A stretch of DNA of 63,638 nt, filler included, from Choristocarpus tenellus KU-1152 (lineage: Eukaryota; Protista; Phaeophyceae), in the NCBI GenBank assembly GCA_964200185.2. It is 9 parts of 9 records of this genome, joined end to end, with 100 filler letters (N's around TTAATTAATTAA, not from the genome) between each part and the next. Parts side by side here need not be neighbours in the genome. Positions count along the whole stretch, not along the records: positions 44,874 to 52,139 come from CAXNAD020006435.1; positions 52,240 to 63,638 come from CAXNAD020002337.1; 7 more parts are not named here. One strand, written 5' to 3'. Positions 49,221 to 62,942 of the stretch are shown one piece after another. Position 1 is the first letter of the stretch, and every line of letters begins with the position of its first letter. The position numbers and the translations under genes are program-made. The notes beneath the pieces are model-generated. The model was not told the DNA's origin. It did not search any database and worked only from the letters and a program-made list of their open reading frames with translations.

Positions 49221-51884
49221 CTAGAGGATTGTATCCTCGCATATGTCAGAATGAGAAACAATAAAGCAAATTACTGCAAAATCTCATCAGAACAAATCGC
49301 ACCCATGCCCATTCACACACCTCATGAAGATCATATCGCGTTCCCATCCCCTCTTGACGAGCTCTTAACTTCAGGGTATAGCCACCCTTGCACCCAACCC
49401 TCCCCCCACTCCACGATGCTCCTGTATCTTCTCCCCACTCAGGGTCTCCCCTATCCCCTGGTGCCTGCCCTGGTCTTGTCGCCGAAGTCCCAAAGATATG
49501 TTGGCTCATGAGTTTGCTCTGAGTCTTGTATGATGCTATCTTGCTCTGTGGCGCCCCAGCACAAGGACCGGGAGGATTGGTGTAAGACAAAATATGATCA
49601 TATAGGCATGGACTTCAACGAGCTTTCAAACAAGTATTCATTTTATTCTTTACACTATTGATATTGTAACTGTCACCATACAGCAGAGAAAGAGTCAGTG
49701 TGCTAAATCATATGACCATGGACACAAACACACAAACCCCTCTTTCATCCAATACATACTCTTCAAATTAACACATGCAAAAACACACACTTTTATTTTA
49801 CCCATAAATATTTTGGTAGATCAACAAACACAGGTAATACAGACTAGAATATATCAATTTATAGCTCGCACTGTGCATACTCTGGAGCACATACTACATA
49901 ACCTATTGGGGGTGTATTACAATATTCATATAGTGTATGCACCAGCCAAGATTTGAAATGCCGGATATGCTAGCACATGAGCCAGAGTTGTTTCTCCTCC
50001 ACATAGTACTGGTATACTTCAATGTGTCAATGTGCCCTTCACATACCAGTAACACGGACTAACCCTAAGACAACAGACACTTTCCACCCCAACATGCCAT
50101 ACCCGAGCAGAAACAAGAGCAAGACCTCTCCAAGACCTCTCCACTGTTGTGATAAAAGTCACTTCTTCATCTCCCCTTAGCCTGTCCCAATTACTACATG
50201 GAAAAAAAAGCATTAATGTGACAGGATGCCCTTTCCTGGAACATTCTCGAAACTGCAGTGAAATAACTTGTGCACACAATCTACAGTATCTCCTAGTAAG
50301 CACTTATCCGCTATACAATGCAAACATCTCTACGCTGGCTACGTACACCCTCTAGCTCCTTGACAGCGGGAACGACCTTGAGAGAGAGGTCAATTCAGCG
50401 GTGGTTGTAGCTCCCTCTGTAATGTATTCGAATACTCTTAAGGCAATTCAAATGTGTCCACCGCTAATGACACAACATTAAAAAAAAAATGCATGTTTGC
50501 ATCAATGATTGATGCCACAGCACTTGCTATACATCAACGCCAATCGAATTGAGATTACAAATTGAGATTACAAAAGTGGCAGCATGAAAGCTGTTTCAGT
50601 GTCCACTGCTCGACTCTTCTACTGTTGCAATACTTACAACAGATATTTAAAGGTTTCTCAAAAACAACAAGCGTTCAACAAAAATAGAGTCGGCACCTCT
50701 ACGTATAAACGTCCCCATTGCATTAACCCTAACCCTGAGATTCAGAAAGAGGAGACTGGCTAAATGTGAGCACTGGATTTAGTATTGCGAATCAAACATT
50801 AAATCAATTGTGAGTGTATCTCAAGTCGGCTTCAAAAAAGGTCAACGTACTCACTTCTAATCAGAACACTCAGGTAGTACACAAACTGAGCTACAGAAAG
50901 TGCCAAGCTCTGCAAGTAAACCCACACATCGAGCACTGGCGCGAAAAATAGTTAAAACATAGTACTCAATTTACTGCTTCAATTCATTGCAACACAATTG
51001 AACCGTAGCTATTGAATTGCTACAGTTCACACACCTGACTGGGTTCCTATTGAGGCAATGTACTTTCATCACCCGTCATCACTAGCACACTATCTCACCG
51101 TCCTCAGAACAGTAGGGTCTACACACTTGCCTTGAGAATAGCGCTCTCTTTTCGGAGTTGATAATCATTGGGAAGCATTTCCAAGGCCCTGTTAATGTCC
51201 ACCTTAGCCTCCCTGTCACCAAGCAAGCATGTAGTGCACCAGGGAACACATGAGTTGATAGCCACGGGTTGGCCAATTTGTTGTTGCAGCCCTCCAATCA
51301 AAACAATCAATCTTCAGCACCTTACGCTTACCCTCGTAGGACAATGCCTTATCAGTACTTCCATCTACCAAAAGATTTGCAGAATGAGGTGCTACAGAGC
51401 AGCACTACGTAGCAGTCTAAATCTAAAAGAGTACTATTTCCAAGCAACTCGCTCACCCACTACAGTTCAACTCTCTACATGAATATGTAGTACCTGATCA
51501 TTTTGGGGGGAAAATGAAAACTTGCAAGTATATTTTTTAAAAGGTAAACACTATTATCCTTGACATACAAACATACACTTCAAATTACAACATATATCAT
51601 TCGCAGCGACCACGACCAAGACACTGAACCTCCTGCCCACCCCACCTCTGCACCACGCCCTATTAACACCAGCGCCAACAACTTGTCTTCCACTTTGTGA
51701 TGAAAAACGATCATGTAAAGGACAGAAGGGCTATGACTAGAGAGACCAACGCATCTCAAATGCCTATAACGCCACACCGCAATTTATCAACTCCAAGCAG
51801 GGCACTGGATAATGCAAGCAAGTTGATCTTTAATGTATGCTTGCATACCTGTTGTGTGCATGTTTGCGTACCCTTTGTATGTGT

Positions 51885-52030
51885 GTGTTTGTATACCCTC
51901 TTTGTGCGCGTTTGTATACCCTCTTTGTGCGCATTTGTATACCCTCTTTGTGCGCGTTTGTATACCCTTTTTGTGCATGTTTGTATACCCTCTTTGTGCG
52001 CGTTTGTATACCCTTTTTGTGCATGTTTGC
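51885..52030. repeat. 23-bp minisatellite (tttgtataccctctttgtgcgcg), ~6 copies
   Basis: Near-perfect tandem units. Confidence 0.95.
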
Positions 52031-53619
52031 GTAACCTTTGTGTGTGTTGACTCCACTGTAACACACCGTGTGTGATTGCATCACTGCGGCAAGGATCGGC
52101 CTTCAACCTCCACAATAAACAAGAAAAAAAAAAACCTCCNNNNNNNNNNNNNNNNNNNNNNNNNNNNNNNNNNNNNNNNNNNNTTAATTAATTAANNNNN
52201 NNNNNNNNNNNNNNNNNNNNNNNNNNNNNNNNNNNNNNNAAGGAATGAATTTGTCAGAATCGGAGTGGTTCTTCGTTCTAAGGATTCATTCTGGCTGTTT
52301 GGTCAAATCCGGATCTCACGGAAAGGTCTGTTACTTGGACCAGTCGGTATGGATGACGTGTTTGGCGCGCGCAATTGTATCTGACCGCGCGTCTTATACA
52401 TACAGTGTGTGTCCGCGATCCCAAAAAGGAACCTGTCCCTGACAAATATAATAATAGTAATCCAGAATTCGTGAGGAAACAAAACCAATGTTATTGCCAC
52501 TCTGTAATACCTTTATCTTTAAGTAAAGCCTCTAAAATTGGGCATGTGAGAACAAGAAGGATATATAAATAGAGCTTTTTTGTGTACGTTGCATTGATAG
52601 TTTCATATGATACTTCAACGGCCATATATATATATATATATTGTATAATAGGTTTCTATACAAAAAGTTATGTTCGGAGATATGGTCATCACAACTCAGA
52701 ACTATGTTCGGGAATACCTATATAGGCTTCGGCAGAATAATTTTGTCAAATTGTACCAATATATTGAGTAGATGATGGTAGAAGGGTAATGATACAAAAT
52801 AGATGAGAGTCAAACGCAACATCCTACCACCATACCCTATTAATCCAGTACATCTAGACCTCATCGCCAACCCTTTGCCCTCAACATCGGTGATAGGAGC
52901 AAGGAAAGAGATAGGTACGCATCGCACTCAAGTTACATCTCTTGCTCTCTAACTCAACTTCTGTGGTCAACTGACAACTTGGGAATCTGAGAAACGATCC
53001 CGTGTCACAGAAAAGTAGGACGGTCATACCACTTCTTCACAGAAAACCTATCCAGAATAGCTCCGTCGTGTGTAGAGTGAAGTCCGACAGAGGAGCGGAA
53101 GGATTTCAGGGAGCCTGGAAGATTCGAGGCTTGGTCTATTGGCCAGACGAAGTCGCTATTAGCTTACAAGACAACGGTGATTGATTGGAGCTCATCAACC
53201 CCAGGTTAGATCATCACGGTTACGTAGTGCGGGTGATGTCGATTCACCGGAATGTACACTGGACGATTGTACAGCATTTCTTTTATCGTCGCCCAGCTAG
53301 ATGTTTTTGGGAGAGCATTTCCGATTATTTCGGTTCATCTCACAGTTCGGTTGAACTCGTCAGTCCACGTCCTTGCTCGTTTGTGAATTTAAGACCATCG
53401 ACATCAAGACTAATTGAATGCCTAGCGCCCGTTTCCTCTGACGTGGTTGCTATCTTTCTCTTTTACCCTTGGGGGTGTATTTTCCCCTGCCACTTCACAA
53501 GCATGCATCGCCTCTCCTATGAAAGTTGTGATCCTAGCTCACCAGTTTTTTCTCAACGTCTGACCCCGCGATGGACACAGTTTGTTGTTGTTCGAACTTA
53601 TCTTCCCGGGGAAGGGAGT

Positions 53620-56600
53620 ATGTCGAACCCCACTTCGGAAAGGCAGAGTGGAGATCCGGGCGTAAGACGCAACTGTGATTACTGTGTGCTGAAGAAGGTG
53701 AAGTGCCAGGTAGAGGTGATCTCAACCCCTCTTCCGTACCCTAAAACGGTGGGCGTCTGCGCTATCAGATCTTGGAAGCTTTGTGAGACGTCTTTTGTTT
53801 TTCTACCCGCTTGCCAGCGCTGCAGTTGATTGACCTGTCCTACCTAACCACCCCTTCCCTCATGTCCCCACCCTCATTCCCTGTGTACGTACGCCCTTCT
53901 CTGACAATAGATCAAGTGCAGTGGCGGCGTCTGCTGCTCGATGTGCTCTCGGAAGGGATTGAAGTGTGTCTACTCCGAAAAGAGAAAGCCAGGGCCCAAG
54001 TCTCGCAAACATGACTGGGTTCGCAGCCCAATCACCGCGTCATATGGTTTATCGATGCCAATCTCCTCAAAGCAAGCTTTTCCTTCGGGCAAGGGCAAGC
54101 CTAAGCAGATGCTACGAAAGAGGCGGAAGTATGCCCTACACAAGGGGAGGAGAACTGCAACGCCGCACCAGGTGCAATATACTCCCATAGTGTTAATTAA
54201 CTAATACTTTTGGGGATATTTTAAATCGGATGTTATTGTTTTCCTCCAATGCGCTGTGTGTTTATTTTCACTTCTATTTCCCATACAATCTACTCCCTGT
54301 TACATTTTCACCTCTGAAGGATTCTCTCGTTCCTCCAGTGCTGATTTTCTCCTCTTTACTGCTTGTATACAACCACTTACACCACACTAACTATTACATG
54401 GTCGCAATCTTTGATCCCTTCTTTTGATCAAGCACCTCGTCTATACTTTATTTTTATATATATCAAGGTATTACTGTCAATAATGCCTCCGAAGTATGTT
54501 GTGAGACAGCGGGATGCTCATAAGTTTGAACTGGTTTCCCTTCATATTTTTATCTGTAGGTGCACTCCTTATCACTCTATGCAGAAAGCGATTTTACTAG
54601 TATATAAAATAATCTGGAGTAGATGAAGAATGCAGTGATCATACACCACAGAGTAGTGGAGAGTCTATGTCCCTGGTGTTAGGAGCATCCTATCATAATC
54701 TGTGGTGCATTCGTGTTGAATGTATTGCATAATAACACCTCCACTTGTGGTGTTGAATTGCAAGCATATTGGAGCTAGTTGTTAACTAGTCTAAATTATG
54801 ATACACATGCATAGGTTGCACCTTATGATGTGGAAAAATACCTCTTACGAATGAGAGACATTTTAATTCAAGAGCTGGGTGCTAAGTTTTTCCACAGGTC
54901 ATGTTAAAGTGAGCTCAGTTATACCAGCATGAACGACAGACGCTTGATGAGAACCCAGCCTTCTTTATACTTTGAAGTATTTGAATTACATGGGCTCATG
55001 CAAAATAATCAAAGCATTTCTCTCACTCCTTCACCTTACTAGTATACTGACTTGATATTTGCACAAACACAAAGAAATAATTTCAAGTTGAGTTGGAGAT
55101 ATTTCCTAAAACTTCACTCGGCGAGGGGAGTCTTATCTGTCAATTCACTCCTGTATTTCCAGACCCCCTTTCGGTATAAATTTATTGTGTTGACTGACCA
55201 GACAGTTTTCGCAACTGGTTAATTCCTTGAGAGTTGCCAAGCCAAACCAGCTCATCAGCCTGTATATGTGAATAAAAGTGCTTCGAATAGTGTCATGAAC
55301 AAGAATGCTTGATCTAATCCCTCAGAGGAAGGCAACATCCCCCCCCACCCCCTTTTTTTGTCCTGTCCCTTCTGAACCTCATTTTTTTTTGTCTTATCCT
55401 ATGTGCAGGGCTCGGACCAGTTAGAGATGGCAGCACAAGCAGGGATCTATAGGGCGATCGATGATTCCCTGACAGGAGCATGTCTATCCTCTGCGTCAGA
55501 GCGGAAGGGCCCAACACGTGGGACTGACTCCTGCTCTGATCAGGGAACAACTAAAAAAGATAAGGTGAAGATAGTTTTTATTCCCCTCTCCCCCCCTTCT
55601 AGAAAGAATCTCCCGATACTTTCTTGTATTGTGGATGTTGGGAATTTCGTTTGTCTTGCCAATACCCCGTGTTGTTGTCCTTTCAGGAGGACTGCAATGT
55701 AAACGTATTGTGCCAGAGTGTTTGAATTGTGTTGACCCTTCGTGCCAGTCTATTGAAAATGCTGTGCAAACTTCGTTTTACTGTATGCAAATTTGACGCG
55801 TGGAACACATCTTTGACAGTATACTACATTTTAGCCCCAAAATTCTGACTCTTCTTTTGTACCAGCAAATTATCATACTCTGACAACAACTGTATGTTTT
55901 TTACTCAGAGGGAATCACAAAAATAAGGTAAATTTCAGTGTGTGCACACAGTTCTAACCGTGCACATCTCCACCTTTTCTGAACACTATTTCTTTCCAGG
56001 GTGGTCTCCCATCCAAGATAGTCCCATTCCGTCTTCCAGAACCCTACCCAGTGTTCCACCATGTCTCTCGAGGTGATCACACCTCTCACATAAGTCGACT
56101 CAACATCTTTGCACCAATGATGGCTACAGGGCATGGTGAGGAGGACTTTGCAAGTGAGAGGCAGAGGTCCAGCAACGAGGATGCAGGACCATGCCTGAAC
56201 GGGGTCAGCACATGGCTTGGAAGTCCTGGTATATTGGGGGGCAGGGGGCAGGGCAACAGGTTCACCCCAAAACCCGCTCAACAGGGCATGGGGCGAGGAG
56301 GGGATGTTTGGATGTGTTCCATCACCCCACAATGGTAAATATTTGGAGAGAGCTGCAGCAAAACTTGACATAGAAGTTGAGGAGCTTGGGACCTTCTCTG
56401 GCTTAGGTGATCTTCCCAGGGAATCCAAATACTATTTTTGTAGGTCCATAAACTCTTCAGGTAGCTCTGTGCAGGTGTGTGATGAGCTGAGGAGATAGGT
56501 GTGCGCGCGAGCGCGCGTGTGTGTGTGTGTGTTTGAGTTTGTGTGGAAAGGTACTGAAAATATGAGATGAATGTGGGGGATGAGATGTGATTCCGTGCGT

Positions 56601-57878
56601 GTGATAGATGCTAAAAATTGTGTTGCATGGTACCCGATAAGGGTTAGGAAGGGCGACGGGAAATTAAACTGCTCAGGTTCTTGCCTATGAACCCAAAGGC
56701 GAGCGATTTCACAATGAAGCTTTCCGTTGCATTCCCCTTGAGGAATAACTTTGTGGTTTTGTTTTTTTGTTTCTAGTTTGGTTGGTTTAGTAATCAGTGG
56801 ATTCCCTTGTAGGTTTTGGGTCTGTCAAGCATTGATCCCCCCCCCCCCCCTCCCCACTCTCCAGAGAGATTTGGGGAAGGCACAGCGATACACGCAAGCG
56901 AGCAGGCTCGTTTTGGACTCGATACTTTGTGCTCAGGTTTCGAGTGCAGCGTGTTTGTTCAGCAAGTGTGACAACAATGCCTGTGTGGGGTGGGGGAGGG
57001 CAGTGCTATGTCAATTACCTGTCTAGAGTCATTTCCCACCTCTTCTGGTCACACCCCAGTACCCTGCACCCTGCTGCAGTGTGAGCCATTGCCTATTTTG
57101 AACCCAGCCTGAAATTCGTTCACACCGTGATCTTCTCAACTTTTGTACTGATTAATCCCTTGACAATCTGTAGCAGGGAAGGTAGAGGAAGAGGTAGAGA
57201 CTACTACTAGGAACCTGCTTGTGTGTGTGCAATAACCTTTTGTTTTGTATCTTCTCTGTGAATCGGGAGCAAGATTGGCATACCATTTTGAGTTTGAGGA
57301 CGGCTTTGTGTTTGATCAACTCAAAGGTGTTGGTAGATCCATATTTGGACTGTATTAGACTGGTGGAAAAAAAATGGTTGAAAGGGCAGAGAGGGATTCG
57401 GTGTATGTGATGTGAAATGAGGCAATATCGTAGGGAGGGGAAGGGGAAGATAGGTGGGGGAAGAGCAGCAACTGGAGTCCATTGTGCTTGCATTTGTGGG
57501 CTTTCTCATTGTGCTGTACAGTGTTGTCTATTTTTCCCGCAATAGGGTGGCATCTACTGCTACTATGCTGCACTCTGGAGTACTTCACACACACCTTGCA
57601 ATGTATAGAGATGCTGGTGTTTGATGTGTTGTGCTGAAGTAGACCCATGTTTGCCACTGGGAAGTGGCTGCCGGTCCACTACCCCCTCCCCCCTCCTCTT
57701 TCCCTTCCCCTGCATATTGCTTTTTTTGTTGCTGTGACAGTCTGTGCATAAGGTGTTTTCTTGGTCTGGAGTACTTTTTCAGTAATTCCTTGTGGATGTA
57801 TTCGTGCAGCTTTTTGTTTTTCATGAGAGAAGGCATGCCTCCCTGAAAACCTTAGATGAATATGTGTATGAGTGTGTG
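53620..57878 (+). CDS. Zn(II)2Cys6 binuclear-cluster transcription factor; exons 53620-53697, 53911-54171, 55410-55564 and less certain downstream exons
   Basis: Spliced RRNCDYCVLKK|IKCSGGVCCSMCSRKGLKCVYSEKRKPGPK fits the six-Cys C-x2-C-x6-C..C-x2-C-x6-C pattern; 3' end not determined. Confidence 0.85.
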
Positions 57879-58431
57879 GTAAGTTGTAATGTGGGACTTG
57901 TAACATCTTTTCTCTTTCTTTCTTTCTGTTTTTCTTTTTTTCGTGTTCTTCATATGAAAATAAAACGAAGACAATTGACTAGTAATAAACTATTTTTCTT
58001 CATATGAAAAATAAAACAAAGACCAATGACTAGTAAAACACTATTGCTATTCGAGAACAGATGTTTTATCCCACCTAGAGAATAAAAAACTATGACGTAT
58101 TTTTCAGTTTCCTTGAGCCTAACGCAAAGGCAATGCCCAGTGGGTTGGGACCAAATAATTGCTTCTTGACATGTATTTCTAAACTTTACTGAGATGTAGT
58201 TTGAACCAGATGTGACTTTCACTTGAAGGCAAGTTCTTGTGTCCCTGTGTTACGTCAATTGAGCGAGACTGAGTTTGTACCTATATACCAAGCTCATGTT
58301 CAGGTGCCCTTTTTCGGGCAGGTGACTGACCCATCGGGACTTTTTTTTGCTCTCCATCAACTAACAAATGATGGCTGGCGGCATGGCGTTATCCATTAAC
58401 CCCTAAAAGTACAATCGATATCACATATTTC

Positions 58432-59143
58432 ATTATTATGCCCTCTGGCATTTTGCAGATGTGTCAGGGGAAAAACCAATGAAAACTATTCACATGTAAG
58501 AGATCCCTAAAGAAGTAACATTGTCGTAGATTTGAAAGACATCAATCTATTTACTATTTTATTACTACCACTGCCTTCCTGTGTCTCCAACCTAGCCTAG
58601 TCCTGCACCCCACTATATCTTTATTTATGATGCCCTCTGACATTTTGGGGATGTGTCAGGGGAAAAACCGATGGTACATATTTTTATTATAATGCTCTCT
58701 GACATTTTGGGGATGTGTTATTTCACATCTAATAAAATATATAATTTCATATACTCCTTCAACAGTTTCTTAGTCCTACCGCCCCACCGACTAAAAACCG
58801 AAACCATTTAACGTCAGATAGTCTCAGTCACAATGCGAGTAGCCCTATCTAGACGTGCCATGCGTTTTAAGCGGGAGACACCAGGGAGATGGGCAAGGAG
58901 GGGCTCGTTAGATTCTTGGGATGCTTCCCTAGTTCCTCACCCTCGGAAGCAGGACTCTAAGCTAGGTTGGAGGCACAGGAAGGCAGTGGTGCAGCATAGC
59001 TGGTAAATAAATAGTAAATAGATCAATCCTTTCACATTTTACAAATAATGTTACAACTGTTACTTTTTAAGGGATTTTTCTGACATGTAAATAGTCTTCA
59101 TTGGTTTTTCCCCCACATGCAAAATGTCAGAGGGCATAATAAT
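58432..59143. mobile_element. Cluster of four copies of the hairpin-tailed retroposon; outer two form a ~180-bp inverted repeat
   Basis: 58432-58606 is the reverse complement of 58949-59143; two shorter minus-strand 3' ends lie at 58625-58718. Confidence 0.8.
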
Positions 59144-62100
59144 ATTAAAAAAGCACTTTATTACAGGAACACAAAATATGTATCAAGTAGACACCCTTAG
59201 TACTCAATACTTCCGTAAAACTCAGAACTCACTACCCTTGTACCCCAACGTACCCACTTTGAAGAAGCTTAGATGTTAATATACATGAGGTTACCTTTCG
59301 CACTGACGGAATAAGCATGAAATGGGGATTGTGTTGTTCTTATGTGTATATACCTCCGGACACATGGGCAGCCCTCCTTCTACACGTCCACTTGGCATGA
59401 ACATACCAAAAAGGAACCACTAATGTTTAACAAAATAAATCAAAAACAGGGGGATCCCACAACCTGAGAGTCGTTCACAAGAATCACTCATGGGATTTAT
59501 CCATACCTACCAGCCAACATCTATACCATGTAAATAACATCTTACCTCTGAAGATGCTCTGAAGATGAATAGCCTTTCTACTGTTTTTTGGGGGGGCGGA
59601 AAATGAGACGGATATAGAAGTCCGAGATATAGAAGGATGCTTCTCATATTTTTGAGGTCACTCTTGTTGATCGATGAGTCAATGCTACCTTCTTTCTTGT
59701 CGAGCTTTGATACAGTTGCCAAGAATAGAAATCGGACCACCTCGTTTTCAGATGAGTTAAGGGTAGGGAAGAGAGGGGTGAGTACTGACTAGTCTACCAA
59801 TAAGAAACGGTCCCCCCTCCCCCCCCAAGAAACTGTCGCTATCTCTCTCTCTCTGACCCTGCACATTTTTCCTGCCACCAGAGGCGACTAGAGAGAGACA
59901 GCACTTCAGGTACACCACAGGTGTACCTTTCAACACTACTGCTGTTGTAGCAGATCAATCTCAAAGAATTTATAATCATGTAAATTCGCCCAAACTACAC
60001 GATAATATTGGCAGGGTGCCCTGCCATATGTACACACTCAAAGCAAAAAGATAGATACACACCGACCTATAAAACCTAACAAAATCATTCTCAACAGACA
60101 GGCAAAATATTGCCCATTTTTTTCGCCAACATTGCAAAATTATTTTCCCCCTCAAAAATCGTTTTTCTTTTTCTTGACTACTACCTCGATTAGAACTTGG
60201 GCTTAAAAATCCTTCAGAAACCTAGACCATGTAGCAAACGGATACGCTTCGGTCAGTATAATACTTCAGAACAAAAAATTATGGGTTATTTTTATATCTG
60301 CCATCTTGTTGTGTTCAGTTAGAACTCTCTAACCCCAAGAACATACTTTGGTCAGTTTGTGAAACATAAAAAAAGGCGTAAAATAAGTTCATAACGTGGT
60401 GTGCTAATGATTATTGTGAATATTGTATTTCCTGGACTATTCGATGTACAGAGGTTGGAAAAAAATGTGTAAGGTGGGGGAGAAGGTAAGAATAATAATA
60501 CTTGCATGATGCATACACCTCAACAAGGTGTTATCAGCCAGATTTCCTATGCACAGCCCCAAGAGTTACTATAATCCTCGTCTCTTCTCTTTAATCGCAT
60601 GTATGCATTTTTTTTCTCCATGGAATGCTGACAGCAAGGCTTGTTCTGATTTTACCAATGCCATAAGGAAGTGCTTGCTTAAAAAGGGTAAGGGCAACAG
60701 AACGACAACACTCACAACAAGGGTTGGGATCCTGCATGCTCTGTATACTACAACCACTGTTCCTCTACAGCACACAGAAGGAGAATGTTTGCCCGTGATG
60801 CAATGCTGTTATCTCAAATCGACTGTGCCATCACATGCACAACTTCTGGGCATGGGTCTCTTCACACACTGTTTATATTACATTTGTTGCTATTACGATC
60901 CAGTCCTCCAAGCAGTTGCATCGCCTACTTTGGGGGTCAGATCGATTATAATGATGACCTTATTAATGCCATGCTTCGAAGTGTTCTCTTCATGCATAGT
61001 ATCACATCATTATCATGACTCAACTTCAGGACAGCAAAGCTACAAGACAGGTGACCTTGTCCACCTCTTGGCATCTCACTGCTCATAATCAACATAGTGA
61101 AATTTGCACCTGGTGAAGAAGGTGCCTACCCTTGACTATGAGCATCCTTGTGTGTAACACTTTGACAGATTAGTTTGGAATCTCTACTCAATTGTACAAC
61201 TGGAGCACTGGTCGGGCTCCTACTCTTATCTACTTTAGTTCTCTCTACGTTTCCCTTTCCTCTTTTTCCCACAACCACTTCCTCACAGGCTAACTTAGTT
61301 CGTCCTATCAAGGGAATCAACAAGCCACCAGAAAATATCGATGGTCCCATCTTGGACTGCTTACAACCAACTAGGTTTATGACAGTCCAGTGCAGGACAG
61401 TGCAGGTGGTGGTGGTGAAATTTCCCTCATCAGCAACTCTGATAATATAAATAAAAAGCTCTAGCAAGACTTACAAGTCTACGACTCCCAGTAGAATCAT
61501 TTGGCGGAAAGCAACCATTCTAGAGACCAAGGCATTACTCTACAAGACCCTACTTATACATCAAAGTGTATCAAAGTGCAACTTCTGCTTAGCGTACTGC
61601 TGTATAGCCCTTGGTGAACCAGCCTTTGACCCTGGTAGCTGAGTTCAAGGCAACAAGTCCACAGAGGAAGGAGACCACAGCCACCCCTATTACGGTTCCT
61701 GCGGGTTCCCCCTGTGGGTGTCAAAGGCGGGAGGGGAGGAATTCGGTGGTTACAAAAGCGGTGGGTCTCTGAGCAAACAAGCAGACGTAAATCACAATTA
61801 CATTATTTTATCATGTGTCTTGGTGAACTTGTTCAAACGCTTGATGACCTTCCTCAGATGTTTCAGTGGGGACTAGCGCCAATAGCTGCTTAGTGTTTCT
61901 GTCCAATGTGACCTTGACTATCTCCAATGGGTATGAAAGGTAGGATCGATTTTCTTCCTATGGCACTCGTAGAGGGATAACGTTTGCACAAGAATAGCAC
62001 AGGAGGGCTCAGTAAGCGCCCTAAGGATATCAGGACCATCTCGTACATTCTATCTACAAGGTCAACCTAGTATAAAAAAATTTCAACCCCCATTCTAAAC

Positions 62101-62942
62101 CAACACGTTGCAAGATCAACGTACACAACACGTGGAAGGATTTTCAGTGTTGCATGGTTTCTTGTTTTCTATGAGCGGTTGTATAGTGGAACTTCAAGGG
62201 AAACACATGAAACATGCCTGTAGGGAGAAGACGTCCATATTAGTAGGCACTAGACACCAAGAATCAACGGTGATTCCAAACGAAAAGATCAGCAATGAGT
62301 ACTCAAGGGAGGGAGGGGGGGGGGGGGGGGGGCAAGGAGCAATAGAAAACTGTTGAAAGCAAAAAATCATAACAAACGCATCAAGAACATCGATGGGTCA
62401 AGCATTTGGTCAAACACAGCTTAACCAAAATCTGAACTATCTGCACACACAGGACTATGAGCACTGCTTACGCAATATGTGCACCAACTCTTTTACAGGC
62501 AACCCGACATAACAGACAGCAGAAATATTGAAAAACAAAATTCAGCAAGGAGCCTCACAATTCCCTCATCCGGTATTCATGCTCGAGAGGGAGTCCTAAT
62601 ATGCCATCTGTGTTGATCTCACTGTTACCGAACAAGACCTTCAGCACAAGACTGTTGCATATACACCTTGTTATGAAAGCTGCGTGAATATTTCCTGTTA
62701 AAGGCGATGGCCTCAGGGTCTTCCTTGCACCCACCACAATGTCGAGTCTCAGCCTCCTGTGCTAGGTGTTCCTGTCACGACAATAGCAAGGACTGTACAA
62801 ATCAGTAGCCAGGAGTCAGAGACAGAGGGTAACACTTTTGCACCAGGCCATTGCCATATTTGTATCCTACCTACAAAGATACTCACCCTGCTGTGGCACA
62901 AGGAACACCCTGATAAAATGCCTGTGCGGTGCTTATGTGGGG

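Larger units (their letters stand above)
45690..51260 (-). pseudogene. Scattered exon-like segments, Cys-rich and partly stop-containing; decayed gene(s) of unknown family
   Basis: Splice-bounded segments e.g. VKGLSTCFTKDGWYCLTNCNDPLLGVVDKATT*, VENDYQALELL, CGQCAKCTSCND, and TPR-like REAKVDINRALEMLPND. Confidence 0.35.
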
